NCBI GenBank assembly: GCA_964270895.1
Contig: OZ185435.1
Origin: Podarcis filfolensis
Taxonomy: Eukaryota
Strand: one strand, 5' to 3'
DNA length: 64,000 nucleotides
The notes under the pieces were generated by a model. That model had not been told where the DNA came from, did not search any database, and saw only the letters and a program-made list of their open reading frames with translations. Positions 1 to 13,162 of this stretch are shown here, in pieces. Both the position numbers and the translations under genes were made by a program. Numbering within the stretch: position 1 is the stretch's first letter; each line of letters starts with the position of its first letter.

Positions 1-2191
1 CAACTTGCCTCGCTTTTCTGAGACACAATGTAATAATAACAACAAGTTAGCTTGAGATTATTATTATTATTATTCAAATAAATGCCCACTGCAGAATAGC
101 TTGACAGGCACAGTTAAGGTGGTAAGACCATTCATTGCCAACTGGCTTTTCTGCACCAACAGATTAATTCTTATTGCAAATATAGTCCTGAACATTCTTG
201 AGAATAACATTTTGAGTTGGAATAAACCTCTTATAGTAGATAAAACATAATAGACCTGGGGGAGGAGTGGAAGAGAGAACTAAAAGACTACATTAGATGT
301 TGCAATAACCTCACATATTGGGGGGAAATGACGCCAAAACCCAGCTTTGGAAGTAGATTTAGGGCACAGTTCAACCCTACTCTCTTCCTCTCTCACACAC
401 ACAGAAGGGCTGAATGTAACTGCATGGCAGATGAGGCAGAAGGTGGGAGTCAGGCAGATTGGCTCAGAGATCAGGTTCGGATCAGGCCCAATGCCATTGC
501 ATGAATGCAGTGAAACCCATTGACCCAGGGCTGGCTCAGCTCCTCCCTACTCTTGGAATGCCCCATTTTGGAGCTTTCTGCTTGTGCCACCAGTAGGGAT
601 CCTGCCTGTTGCCCCCAAGCAGCCAGAGGGAAGGCAGCTTAGTCAGGAAAGCTAGATGGAAGGACATCTCCACTAAATCCATCTCTACCCAAGCCTAGCA
701 TGAGCAGGGGGTGGATTGCTCTGTTAGTGTCTGGAAATACAAAACAATCCACAAAGTACTCAACTCAGAAACAGGAGTTGCTTTAAACTTCCTAAAGGAT
801 AAATTAAAGTTTAATTTAGCCACCCCAGTCCATCATAAAGTAGACTTCCCTTGAAAGCTGTTGCCAGCCAACAACTCCCACTAATGTCACCTGTGGCAAG
901 GGAGTAGGACTGATCAACCCATGATAATGTGGCCCAGGAATTCGGGTAAAGCAGAAAATAATTTAATTAATTATTTGCATGTTGAAAAAAAGGCTTGGAG
1001 TGAGTTATTCCACTGATATTTAAAGTTCAAAAGTGCAATTCCCTAAATTGGCACAATTTAGCACATTAGGCTCAAAGAAATTAAGCTTGTGGGCTTGATG
1101 GTGTCTCTCTTAGTTTTGAACACACATTTATAGTCAAGGTCCTTTATCGCCATACTGCCATTTAGCTGATACATTGATTGTCAAATATTGTATCCTGCTG
1201 TAGGAAATTGTTGTCAACACTTCCAGTATCTGACATATATTTCGCTATTAGGGCTTTTGGCCTTCGTGGGTTTGTATTCATGGATGTTTTTCTGACACTT
1301 CAGATAATGCATAGCAGTCTATCATGCCTGGAACAAGTGAGCTATTTTGGTTACTTAGATCTAGGAGAATAAAGTAAGGGCTAAGCTGAAAATCCATTTT
1401 TTTCAAAGACCCAGGTCTATAAAATTGAAATGGGAAACATTAAATACTCCTTGTTTGAGGTTCCTTTAAGAGGGAGGCTAGGATATATTTCATCTCTTTC
1501 TTGGTTTATCCATTATTGCCCACCCTGACTGAAGTACAAACTCTTGAGACTGAGGGTGTTTCCTGTTGGCTTCTTTATTTAGCATTTATTCTGATTTGTT
1601 TGCAGGGCGGTTAGATGATGTGGCATCAAATGAATCATTACCCCACACTTACCTGTACATTTGCTCATCACTTTCCTTGAAAGTCCAGAAAGTCTGATCT
1701 TTTAGCTTTGTTGCACAACCTGAATTTGCCAGGATGTGATTGAATCCCACCCCAAAATAGCAACAGTCTGCATGTGCCCTGAAACAGAGAGATGAGAAAC
1801 ATCTGAACCCACCATTCAATTTGTCCCTTTCTGCTTTGTTCCTTCCCCCATTGTCCTCCCTGTGATTGGACAAAGGTTGTGTACATGCATCCGTGGAATG
1901 GATAATCATTAACGCTGTTATTTCTTATGGATTTCATAAACATATATTTTTCTGCATTTTAGAATTTTTATCTCACCACAGCAGGCATTCAAAAAAAGTT
2001 TTCTCAAGGTATGTTGGTCTTCTTGTGAAATACAGATATATAGCCATCACAGCAGCACAATCCCTGTTTGGTTTTTGCAGAAGTCAGGGGTATTATGGGA
2101 CCCATGCAGCTGATCCAAAGAGATGTGGCTTTTTGGTGGCAGTTCTGCCTCCCTTTCCACTCCTATCCAGCTCTATTTTCCATCATGAAAA

Positions 2192-2437
2192 AGAGCCAGT
2201 GTGGTGTAGTGGTTAAGAGCGGTGGACTCATAATCTGGTGAACCGGGTTCGTGTCCCCGCTCCTCCACATGCAGCTGCTGGGTGACCTTGGGCTAGTCAC
2301 CCTTCTCTGAAGTCTCTCAGCCCCACTCACCTCACAGAGTGTTTGTTGTGGGGGAGGGAAGGAAAGGAGATTGTTATCCGCTTTGAGACTCCTTAGGGTA
2401 GTGATAAAGCGGGATATCAAATCCGAACTCTGCTTCT
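2192..2437 (+). mobile_element. tRNA-derived CORE/MIR-like squamate SINE
   Basis: Pol III A box (TGGTGTAGTGG) and B box (GGTTCGTGTCC), CORE-like gtgaccttgggctagtcac, 3' end cgctttgagactcc…actct(g)cttct. Confidence 0.8.
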
Positions 2438-2574
2438 GGTTTGGAATGCCGGGGTAACTGTGACAGCCACTGCACTAATAATGGCAGAGATGGCTCAGCC
2501 CAAAACACTGGGCCAAGGACACAAGTTGCCTCCTTTTGACTGAGTTGGTCATTATATTTGGTCATATGAATGTT

Positions 2575-2825
2575 GAAACACTCAAGACAGACAAAAGAAA
2601 CTATTTCTTCATGCAGCACAGAGTTAAACTATAGAACCCACAGATGGCTTTAAAAGAGGATTAGACAATTTCAGGGAGGATAAGGCTATCAGTAGCTAGT
2701 AGCCCTGATGGCTGTGCTCTGCATCCACAGTTGAAAGCAGCAATGCTTCCGAATACCAGTTTCTGGAAATCACAAATCCTGTTTGTGCGTTTCCCACAGG
2801 CATCTTGTTGGCTACAGTTTCTTCT
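2575..2825 (+). mobile_element. Degenerate CR1-type LINE 3' fragment
   Basis: gacagacaaaagaaactatttcttcatgcagcac…gatggctttaaaagaggattagacaa, typical of the CR1 ORF2 end and 3' UTR. Confidence 0.6.
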
Positions 2826-5800
2826 TAGGTCCGCATATGTGCCAGCACATCAGTACAATTGACTCAACTGCTTTCTTATACTACAGTATAGTCTAAGAAC
2901 AAAAGCTTTACAGAGCATGCATGGAAAATCTCCTGGTTTTCTGGTCCTCTGAAATGGACCAGTCCCTCAGATTCTCAATTTCACCCATGTGCATCAGAAA
3001 ATGTTTCCTCGTAAGTGATTTGGGAGCCAAGGCATCAGAGACCTGAAGTCAACATGCTTAAGAATGTTTTGACTGGGTTTTGACTGGGCTTGTGACATCA
3101 AAATGGAAAACACAATAAAATATTTATTCTCAAAACTCAAGCCACCATGACCTGACAAACATTGTGTTCACCTAACAGCTTCCATCAATCCGTGCTGTTT
3201 TCAAATTAGCCTCTGTGGCCTTTTCCATTCCTGAATGCTGTTGCAACTGTAGGGCAACATCCTGCAAATTTGCTATCCAAGTCCATGGAAACAATGTTTA
3301 TTGAATTACACTGAATTTTGCACTGGGAAAGAATGAATCAGCTGAACTGCGGAATGATTTTTGTTTCTGCTAATACAAGACCTATAATTAAAATAACCCT
3401 GTTATCATCTATGCAGTTGATTTTTAAATAAGTATATATTCATTTTGAAATCTCTTATCACTTTGAAACATCTGCATGGGGCCCTCAGCAAGCAGTTATA
3501 TCCCAAAATCTTGTGAATGATTTTAACTTCACAAAATATTAAAATGTTAGGAGGGGTCTGTGTGGTTATAATGCCCTTCATAGAACACTGATCTGATACT
3601 AAAGCTTGATAAAGATGGAAAATTAACCTTTTGATTATTTTATTGGAAATCTGGCCATTATGTATTTTTTTCTCCAAAAACAGTAAATCATATGCTTAAG
3701 TAAGCAGCATAGCACTTGAGTTACAAATTCTGATTTAGAAATAACTGAAATCTGAATTTTGTTTTCCCTCCCCTCTCCCTTGTGAATTTTATTCCAAAAC
3801 AAAGCATAACAAAGCCATGGCTATAACAACAGCAGAAACCACAATTTTCTGGAAATCACGATTTCTATTCTGAAATCTTTCCAGTCTATAATCCCAGATA
3901 TGTTTAGTCACTGGTGAGGGAAATGAACTCCAAACATGTTCAGGGACAGTCTGTTATTATTCTACATCTACCGCAACAGAGCCCTGGCATTTGTAACAGA
4001 TTCCTGGACATAGCCCTAGGGAGTCCTGGCCGAAAACCCCCAGAGAAGTCACTTAATACCTAAAATGGTATAACGTGTACAATAAAGCAAAAGGCATGAG
4101 ATTCATTGCTTTCACTTTAGTTTAGATTGATAGGCTGCACCCTTTTGCCTGCTGCGTCGTGTATGAGAGAATGTGCAAGAGTATGATGAGTGAGTTAGCT
4201 GAGGAAGACTATTGTGCCTATTGACCTGAAACAGTCTCCTGGAAATAATCTAACAGCAGGGAGCAGAGAATCCCTTTTAAAATCAATAGAGCAAGAAAAC
4301 ACTGTTGACTAAGTGTGTGTGTGTGTGTGTTTAAAGGAAGGTGTGGAGGGGAGGTAAGGAAAAAACAAGGCAGAGCTTTCCTTTAATGCTAACATTAATA
4401 ATTCCTCTGATCTATCCCTTTTTACACTATTTCTGCTGGTAAGAAACAGTTATCCTGGGAAAGGCATTCGTATATGTGAGTGTTGCACGTGCACACACAC
4501 CCTTCCCAGGCTCTATAAGGTGAACTATTTGACTACCTAAGAGCAGAGCATTCTTAGCCTGCCATGATACAGCAATAACACTTGTTCCTGCTATGTAGGC
4601 AAGGTATAACCCTTCCCAAAATGAACACAGACAGTTTTATGGAGTAGTTTTCTACCTCAAGGTGACTTCCAATTTATCTTCAGGTTATAGAATGTCTCAG
4701 ACAAGGCCACACATGCTGAAGCAAGAGAAGAGTGCTTTAATCTGCTTCCAGGAATCAGCTTTTGCTTGAAAACGTATGGGACATTCCCCCTCCCCAGTAC
4801 TTTAAGTCTTGATGAGAAACTCAGAAACGAGCATAAACTAGTTGAGGAGGTTTTTTTCTCCACCCCTAGCCAAACTCAAACGTGTGTCAGATTGGTCATG
4901 CATCCCAGAAATGAAGCTATGTGTGGTATGTCACAAGAACACTAATCGTTTCTGGATCGGCTTCCACTTGAAAAACTGCATGGGATCTTTCTTTTACTCC
5001 AATATGTGGAGCAAGATACCAAGAACCAATAGATTTCATGAGACGTGTTTTGCCCTGGTGTCTTTTGCTTACAGAACACAAATTGGAAATGGATGAAAAT
5101 TTGGGGTCTTTGTTTTCAACAACTGTGCAGGGACTACATCCTAGAAGGGCTACTTTAGTGTCAGTTCTGCAGTGAAATGTGACCCCAGGGTGTGTTTCAA
5201 CCTCATTCTGCTTGTGTTTCAAACTTACATGCAAGGGAGCAAAGCATAGCCCGGGTACAGGCTCTGTTGCCATCCTCACTGAGTTCGAATTCATGGAGGG
5301 TGAAGACCCAAAGCAGGGAGGCTCCCTGTGAGATTTAGGACCCTACATAATTGGGGTTCTATATTGTATGAGGAAGCTATGTGGAAAGATCAGGCTCCCA
5401 GATTCCCAACTTCACCCTGTGAATTGGAGGGCAATAGGGTTATGATGTTCAATGCACCCATTCCTACTCTCTCTTCTCATGTGTAGATTTAACATATGAG
5501 GAAGTTCCAAAATAAGGGGCAGTTGGGTAGGAAACCTATGCCAAAGTCCTATAGAGTTATCTATATAGGTGCAGCTGAATCCAGCTTCAGGAAAGGCATA
5601 GTGTTTATTTTGGTACATATACATGCAGAGGAGCAACATGAAATTACAGTAAGAGGCAAACAAACTCTTCTGCTACATGACTACACTGAGTATTCAATGT
5701 TTAAGCTATCGGCCCCACAGTACTACAGAATGGAGAGTTAGTGCTAACAATGGTTGTTACAAGTAAGGTTTATCTTCGTTTTATGGCTTTAACCTTGTAT

Positions 5801-8241
5801 GCCACTCTGCTATTGTGAAATGGTCGGCGGTTTATAAATATATACAGTAAATCAAATCAAATAAATAGCACATTTTCTAAAGAAAGCTTTAATTTAAATG
5901 CAAACTATGTGCTAAAAATATGGACATTTCCAACAATCCAACAAATAACTTCAAAATGTCAGTAGCTTAAAAGTGTGTGTGTATGGAACTTTAAATATAA
6001 AACACAAAAAACAAGTACAAAAATGAACCCAAAGGTTAATATATTCAGATAGCTGTAAGTGCATGAAACAGATGATTTGAACAGAAGTGCCTCTTCATAC
6101 ATAACTCCAGTGTCACTAACATAAAGCTATAATCTTCTTTTTTCCTGTGTTCTGACTATTATTGAAGTGCTAAGTGTCAGGTGGGAAGGTGTAATGCAAG
6201 AATCTTCACTGGAGTGGAAATTGCTCATCTTATGATATGTAGTAGTGTAACAAACAATGGAAGTTTTTGTCACTGATTTCAACTGATCCTCCATTTATTG
6301 CTGCTTTGACAGCCTTTTAAGGAGATGGACTGTGAAATGAAATCTCACTTTCACACTCTTGCTAATAGACTAGGAGTGCCTTTTCCCATCAGAAATGGCA
6401 GTTTCAGTGCCATAAAGGAAGGTTAGATGGAGGTCCTACAATGGCAATTATTGAGAAAGTAGTGGTCGCTTGTGTTTCAGCTCCTTTAGTTTAGCATCTG
6501 GCTGCCTCAAACTGTGTTATAGAAAGTTTACTATTTGAGGACACCTAGTCTTCTCAGAACAGACAATGCGGCTGCTAATTCTCACCAGAGTTAGCCTTCA
6601 GTATTTTGGCTCCTTGGACCCAAGGCCAGCCCAAGCCATGTTGCTATCTGAAGAAGAGCACCCACATGCACAAAACAACATAGTACCCAATGCCTGAGAA
6701 ATTATTTTGCCACCCAAAGCAGAAAATCCCACTGGCACCTCTCCCACTCCCTAGATTAAAAAAAATGGGTGAATGTATTTAAGAAACTATCTGCTGCCTT
6801 TTCATGACACTCAAAAACCAGCCACCTGAAACAGCCATCTTATTTTGCCAGTAGATGGGGAAAGCCCTATTAAATGATAGAATATTGAGCCCAGCCTGGC
6901 CTAGTAGCCTGCCAAGACTCAACATGGCTTCCATCACTCATCTAGTCAACCAACCATCCTTATCTGGCATAAGGCAAATTAAGGAAAAAGGCAGTAGTGG
7001 GATTCAAGAGTCTTGTGGAAGTCTAATGAAAAAAGAAATATAGTCCACTCACCCAAAGTAGCGTCAATCAGCACAAAGGCAACAACCACTCACATAATCA
7101 GTCATGTTGTATTGGCTAATAGAGATGGAGGGATGGTTAGCATGCTGCTCCCTGTTTCTGCACAAACATTGCGCTGGGAGGAACTAGGGAGAAGCTTGTA
7201 GCTTTATGGACAATGATTTGCATTGTAAAGAGATCTTCAGCCCATTGTGAGAGAACCATGGGTTTGGAATTAATTCCTGCTTGGGAGGAATTGTTTTATT
7301 TGTCTGAAAAGCTCCTGCCAATTCATGACTTCTAATTCTGCATAAATATATAAAGCTGCATGCAGTGTTGGTTCTGCCTCCCCCTTTCATCAGACTGCTG
7401 ACTTTTATGTACAAGTTAATTGTGTGTCTCTTAAAGTCCATTTATAGTACTCATATTAAATATTTTATGGAAAAAAAAATATAGTACTCATATTAGAGCA
7501 GCTACCCATATTCCTTTACTCAGTACTTACTCCACTGTCTTCAGTTTCTGAGAGCTCTGATCGCAGAACTCTGACTACTATTGCCCTTGCCCTTCTTAAG
7601 TCTACATAGAATTTTCACTCTGGCTTAATTAACATGGAATAACTACCACCTTTGGTTCTATATTCATAATCACAAATGTGGACCAGACTTCTACTCAGTC
7701 ATCTAAGCCCATAACAGTCATTGGCTTTCATCATCCTTGTTGACTTTCAGATATGAGCTGTACCACTCCTCCGATTCCAACATTTAGTTCTGCTCTGATT
7801 ACCTATTGACACTTGAACACAACTGCAGCTTCATCTCCCAGTGAAGACATACTCTGGCATGGGAAATAAAATCCACTGATTGGGAAACGGCTAAGAGCTG
7901 TGCTTGCCTGTTATGCTGAGACTTAGATCCCAATCATTTGGAGGAGGCTTTCATAGCATCAGAAGCCATATGCCATAAATAAAGTGCCCAAGACTCTTCA
8001 TCTAAGCCAAGGATCATAAACCTGTAGTCCTCCAGATGTTTTTGGAATACAATTGCCATCATCGTAGGAGCACAGGAAGATGAGAAACTGCCTTATACCA
8101 ATTCAGAACAATGGTTTATCCAGCTCAGTGTTGTCTACAGCAACTGGCAGAGGCTATCCATGATTTTAATGTTCTGTCCCGTGCCAGGTGAGCCTCCAAT
8201 AATAGTTGGAGGAGTACAGGTTCCCCATCTCCAATCTAAGC

Positions 8242-8242
<1 letters not shown>

Positions 8243-8276
<34 letters not shown>

Positions 8277-9230
8277 TTATTTATACCCCACCCATCTGGC
8301 TGGGTTTCCCCAGCCACTCTGGGCAGCTTCCAACAAAATATTAAAATACAATAGTATATTAAACATTAAAAGCTTCCCTAAACAGGGCTGCTTTCAGATG
8401 TCTTCTAAAGGTCTGGTAGTTGTTTTTCTCTTTGACACCTGGTGGGAGGGCGTTCCAAAGGGCGGGTGCCACTACCGAGAAGGCCCTCTGCCTGGCTCCC
8501 TGTAACTTGGCTTCTCGCAGTGAGGGAACCGCCAGAAGGCCCTCGGCACTGGACCTCAGTGTCCGGGTAGAACAATGGGGGTGGAGACGCTCCTTCAGAT
8601 ATACTGGACCAAGGCCATTTAGGGCTTTAAAGGTCAGCACCAACACTTTGAATTGTGCTCAGAAACGTACTGGGAGCCAATGTAGGTCTTTCAAGACTGG
8701 TGTTATGTTGTCTCGGTGGCCGCCCCCAGTCACCAGTCTAGCTGCCGCATTCTGGATTAGTTGCAGTTTCAGGGTCACCTTCAAAGGTAGCCCCACGTAG
8801 AGTGCGTTGCAGTAGTCCAAGCAGGAGATAACTAGAGCATGCACCACTCTGGCAAGACAATACGTGGGCAGGTAGGGTCTCAGTCTGCATACCAGATGGA
8901 GCTGATAAACAGCTGCCCTGGACACAGAATTGACCTGCGCCTCCATGGACAGCTGTGAGTCCAAAATGACTCCCAGGCTGCGCACCTACTCCTTCAGGGG
9001 CACAGTTGTCCCATTCAGGACCAGGGAGTCCTCCACACCCACCCACCCCCCTGTCCCCCCAAAACAGTACTTCTGTCTTGTCAGGATTCAGCCTCAAACT
9101 GTTAGCCGTCATCCATCCTCCAACCGCCTCCAGACGCTCACACAGGACCTTCACTGGTTCTGATTTGAAAGAGAGGTAGAGCTGGGTATCATCCACACAC
9201 TGATGAACACCCAGCCCAAATCCCCTGATA
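8243..9230 (-). mobile_element. 5'-truncated L2-clade LINE (RT C-terminus plus 3' tail)
   Basis: Frameshifted peptides DDTQLYLS, LNPDKTEVL, LGVILDSQLS, LDYCNALYVGLP, LHWLP and RAFSVVAPALWNALP; (TTA)n tail at 8243-8276. Confidence 0.92.
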
Positions 9231-9959
9231 TTATCTACCTAAATTATAATACAGTATAGAAATGATCCATGAATAGCAAAGAACCACCCTTGATGCTCAG
9301 CAGCTCTCAAAGCAGACATGGTGACTTCAGTAATATTTAAACCCAACCATCTGTGTGACACACCCATCATCCTGAAAGTGATGAGGCTGGTATTTGTGCC
9401 ATACCTCCTTGCCCAAACTCACATTATTTCCTAGCAGAAGCAGTTGGAACAGAACTGTGACACTGTCAGACAGAAGAAAAGAGAATGCAGCCAAAGGTGG
9501 ATCACTGGACTCCCCAACAAGAAGCTCTCTAGCTCTGCCAGGGACACCTTCTCCCCAGTATTTCTTCAACGTCTCGTGGTTCTTCACTTGTAAGCTACAT
9601 ATGGCTGTTCAGCACAGAAGACACTGGGTTGTGTTTTATCAAACCATTTTACCTCTTCAATCTGTAAATTCAGCCAGAGTAATTTTTATAATATGAGCAA
9701 GCCAAAGGAATAATAAAAGCAAATGCAGCCCTGTCGACTCTGGCAGCAGTAACCCATTAGTATTACAGCAGCAGAAAATTGCAAAGAAATTCAGACCTGA
9801 AGCCACCCATTACTGACTCAAACATGGTTACCTACAATCTGGAGGAACAGCTTTCTCCATTTCACCCAGGATGGATCATAATTGCAGGCCAGAAGGTTAT
9901 ATATTCTTTGTCTACCTACGTTTGCTTATGCTAAGAATTCAGTCATTTCCTCCCCCATT

Positions 9960-9996
9960 TCTCTCTCTCTCTCTCTCTCTCGCTCTCTCTCTCTTT
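9960..9996. repeat. (CT)n microsatellite
   Basis: Directly visible. Confidence 0.9.
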
Positions 9997-10857
9997 CTTT
10001 CACGCACACACATGCACCTTAATCCAAAGGAAAGCAAAATGCTGAATGTATTTCCAGGCCAATGAAATTCACTCTACATTTTCTATAATTAATCCTGCTG
10101 AGAAACTCATTTTGAAAGCAGGATTTTTTCTCTCTCGAAGAGACAGGAAAACAGATTAATTCCTTGGCAACAAAATTCTAATTAATTGAAAAAGTGGCCC
10201 TATACTTTGCTTCTTTTGCTGTTGAAATTATATTACTGATGCCATGTAGAAAATCAGGTGGTTCTTCCTCTTTAATTATAGAAGTAAGAATTAGGGTTAT
10301 TATTGACTCTGTACAAGTGTTTATCTTGCTCCATGGCTCACTGATTACTAGACTAAATGATTTGGAAAGAGCATGAGGACTCTCTGTAAACATTGCACAA
10401 GCAGTGATTATCTCCTAACTGATAGGCTGCCAATCATCTAGTAAAATAGCCCAGTTTTAATTTATCATCACATTTCTTCCCCTCAGCTTTGTCTGCAGCC
10501 TCAATAATGCAGAAAGAAAAGGACAGAAGTCCTTTCAAACATATCTGATCTTCATGAAAACCACCTTTGTCTCATTTAAACATATTCACAAATCTTTGCT
10601 CATTCTTAACTATGTTGACTTTCTAATATTAATTCATGAATTGCAACACTTTGGTCTATCCTGTTTAAATAAGTACTCCCTCCCTCCCAATAAGATGGGC
10701 ACGATCCTGTTGTTTGAGTTTCAATTTAGAGGCAAGCAAAATCCTATTTTTTATACATTGTAGTGGATGCCAGAAATTAGGTGAAACCATGACCATTAAT
10801 ATGTGAGGTGACAATTCTAAATTAATTTTGTGAATGCCTGAAGCTGTGGGTGGGTGG

Positions 10858-10859
<2 letters not shown>

Positions 10860-10891
<32 letters not shown>
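10860..10891. repeat. (CA)n microsatellite
   Basis: Directly visible. Confidence 0.95.
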
Positions 10892-10893
<2 letters not shown>

Positions 10894-10918
10894 ATTTCCC
10901 TCTCAAATTCAGTGAATA

Positions 10919-11134
10919 CAGTGGTACCTCGGATTACAGATGCTTCAGGTTACAGACGCTTCAGGTTACAAACTCAGAAATAATACCTCGGGTTAAGAAC
11001 TTTGCTTCAGGATGAGAACAGAAATTGTGCAGCGGCAGCGCAGCGGCAGCAGGAGGCCCCATTAGCTAAAGTAGTACCTCGGGTTAAGAACAGACCTCCA
11101 GAACAAATTAAGTTCTTAACCCAAGGTAACACTG
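10919..11134. mobile_element. Tc1/mariner (Tigger/pogo-like) MITE, family A, opposite orientation to the next two copies
   Basis: TIR CAGTGGTACCTCGG…CCAAGGTAACACTG, TA on both flanks; shares internal ggaggccccattagctaaag. Confidence 0.85.
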
Positions 11135-12479
11135 TACTCACAATCATAATTAGGTGACTGTCAGCATTCACCAGTGTATTTCTAAATTGTCAGACATTTA
11201 CCAAAAAAAATAATCTAACATTGTCAGTACTCCCTTGCAAATGCTTATGTACTATTGAATGTTAGGGTCAAACTAGTTGTGATGTGGGGCTGCATTTTAG
11301 AGCTGCCCACATCATTTTTTTCTGCAACTGTAGCTGTGCAGTAAGGGCTATTTGGTTTGGAACCACAGTGTCAGAAGAAAGTGAATTTTAAACCTTTGCT
11401 TCCATGCCACGACCCCAAGTCAAACCACTGTCCCTCTCCTCTAGCTCCTATTAGTTGCAAAAGGGATAGCTAGAGTGGGTAACAACCTGGTTTCACCTGG
11501 AAGGGAGTTCCATAGGTGATGTGCTATGTCAAAGTTACTTGGAAGAGGGCTCTCCCTATTCCAGGTAACAAGTTCAGAAATAAAGGCTAATAACTGGAGC
11601 TGGCTAATGGAAGAAATGACAGACTCAGTTTCAGGACTGGGGAGAGCTCCCAGGGAAAAGCAGATGTTGATTCAACAATCCAGCATTTAATAGAGTTATT
11701 GTACCCTATCATAAAACATGCCAGCAAACCTGATGAGAATGTAACGGCATAGTGTGAAATAACTTCCTTTTTTTGTCTTCTGTTTTTTCCCTTTGTGAGA
11801 TATGTGGTCTGACCCCCCTGTATTCAGGATCTGGTAGCTTGTCCTGCTGTTCAAAGAGCTTTTGAAAGCTGTGCAGATGACCCTGGCATGAAGTTAAACT
11901 GCAATGTGTTGCTAAAATAGTGTCCTGGGTTACCACAGAAATGAGTGCATGGTAAAATGTTATCTATTAAGAATGGTTAAGCTTGAAACATAAAGGATTT
12001 CTGTTTTCCCCTTTTCCATTCCCTGATTTTAGCAAGCTAGTGACAAAAAGAAAAAAAGCTCTCAGATCAGCCTAGATTTTGATTAACAAGGCATAAAAAA
12101 CCACCCATCCTGGTTTTGCTTCTCTCAAGTTCAAGACAATAATTTGAGTAGACGTAGGCAACTGACAGTCATGACAACTAAGCATATTAGTGGGACATGC
12201 TCTCAAATTTCCCAAGGGTGGTTGGGACAGTGAGAAGCTCAGTGATTAACATATTGTTTGAAGTCATTTCATGCTCATACAAGATCTGTTGGGCAGGTTT
12301 GTAAAACAAATGAGTTATTTATAAGGATAAGACCAGGCCAGATATTATATGTGCTAGAAAAAGCTGCTACATTCCAGATCTGAACTTCAGGGATACGTTT
12401 AATATCTATCTCTTGAAAAAGAGCTAGCCAGAACATGCAAACATATCTAATCCAGTTCTTTTCAGCATCTTTTATTCAT

Positions 12480-12836
12480 AAAGGTAAAGGTAAAGGGACC
12501 CCTGACCATTAGGTCCAGTCGTGGCCGACTCTGGGGTTGCGACGCTCATCTTGCTTTATTGGCCGAGGGAGCCGACGTACAGCTTCCGGGTCATGTGGCC
12601 AGCATGACTAAGCCGCTTCTGGAGAACCAGAGCAGCGCACAGAAACACCGTTTACCTTCCTGCCGGAGCGGTACCTGTTTATCTACTTGCACTTTGATGT
12701 GCTTTCAAACTGCTAGGTTGGCAGGAGCAGGGACCGAGCAACGGGAGCTCACCCCGTTGCGGGGATTCAAACCGCTAACCTTCTGATCGGCAAGTCCTAG
12801 GCTCTGTGGTTTAACCCACAGCGCCACCCGCGTCCC
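12480..12836 (-). mobile_element. Sauria SINE
   Basis: Full-length copy with tRNA-like head and (ACCTTT)n tail; near-identical to the copies at 55.5 and 60.7 kb; probable TSD ttttat(t/c)cata. Confidence 0.92.
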
Positions 12837-12936
12837 AATTTTATCCATACCTGAGGCAATAAAACTTAACTATTCCATTCTTTTCCCAATGGGGCCTGTT
12901 CTTTAAATCTAAACATGTACAGTACTTTTTATTGTA

Positions 12937-13162
12937 CAGTGGTACCTCAGGTTAAGAACTTAATTCATTCTGGAGGTCTGTTCTTAACCTGAAACTGTTC
13001 TTAACCTGAAGCGCCACTTTAGCTAATGGGGCCTCCTGCTGCCGCTGGGCTGACGGAGCACGATTTCTGTTCTCATCCTGAAGCAAAGTTCTTAACCCAA
13101 GGTAATATTTCTGGGTTAGCAGAGTCTGTAACTTGAAGCGTATGTAACCCAAGGTACCACTG
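12937..13162. mobile_element. Tc1/mariner MITE, family A
   Basis: TA|CAGTGGTACCTCAGG…CCAAGGTACCACTG|TA. Confidence 0.88.

Noticed and set aside
2192-2270. tRNA-like A/B boxes (also SINE heads at about 12.8, 55.5 and 60.7 kb)
   Set aside because: These are SINE heads continuing into SINE bodies; no cloverleaf or terminator of a real tRNA gene.
11490-11570. Two small imperfect hairpins (16-bp stem at 11534-11569)
   Set aside because: Short, mismatched and related to each other; most likely a decayed palindromic transposon remnant.
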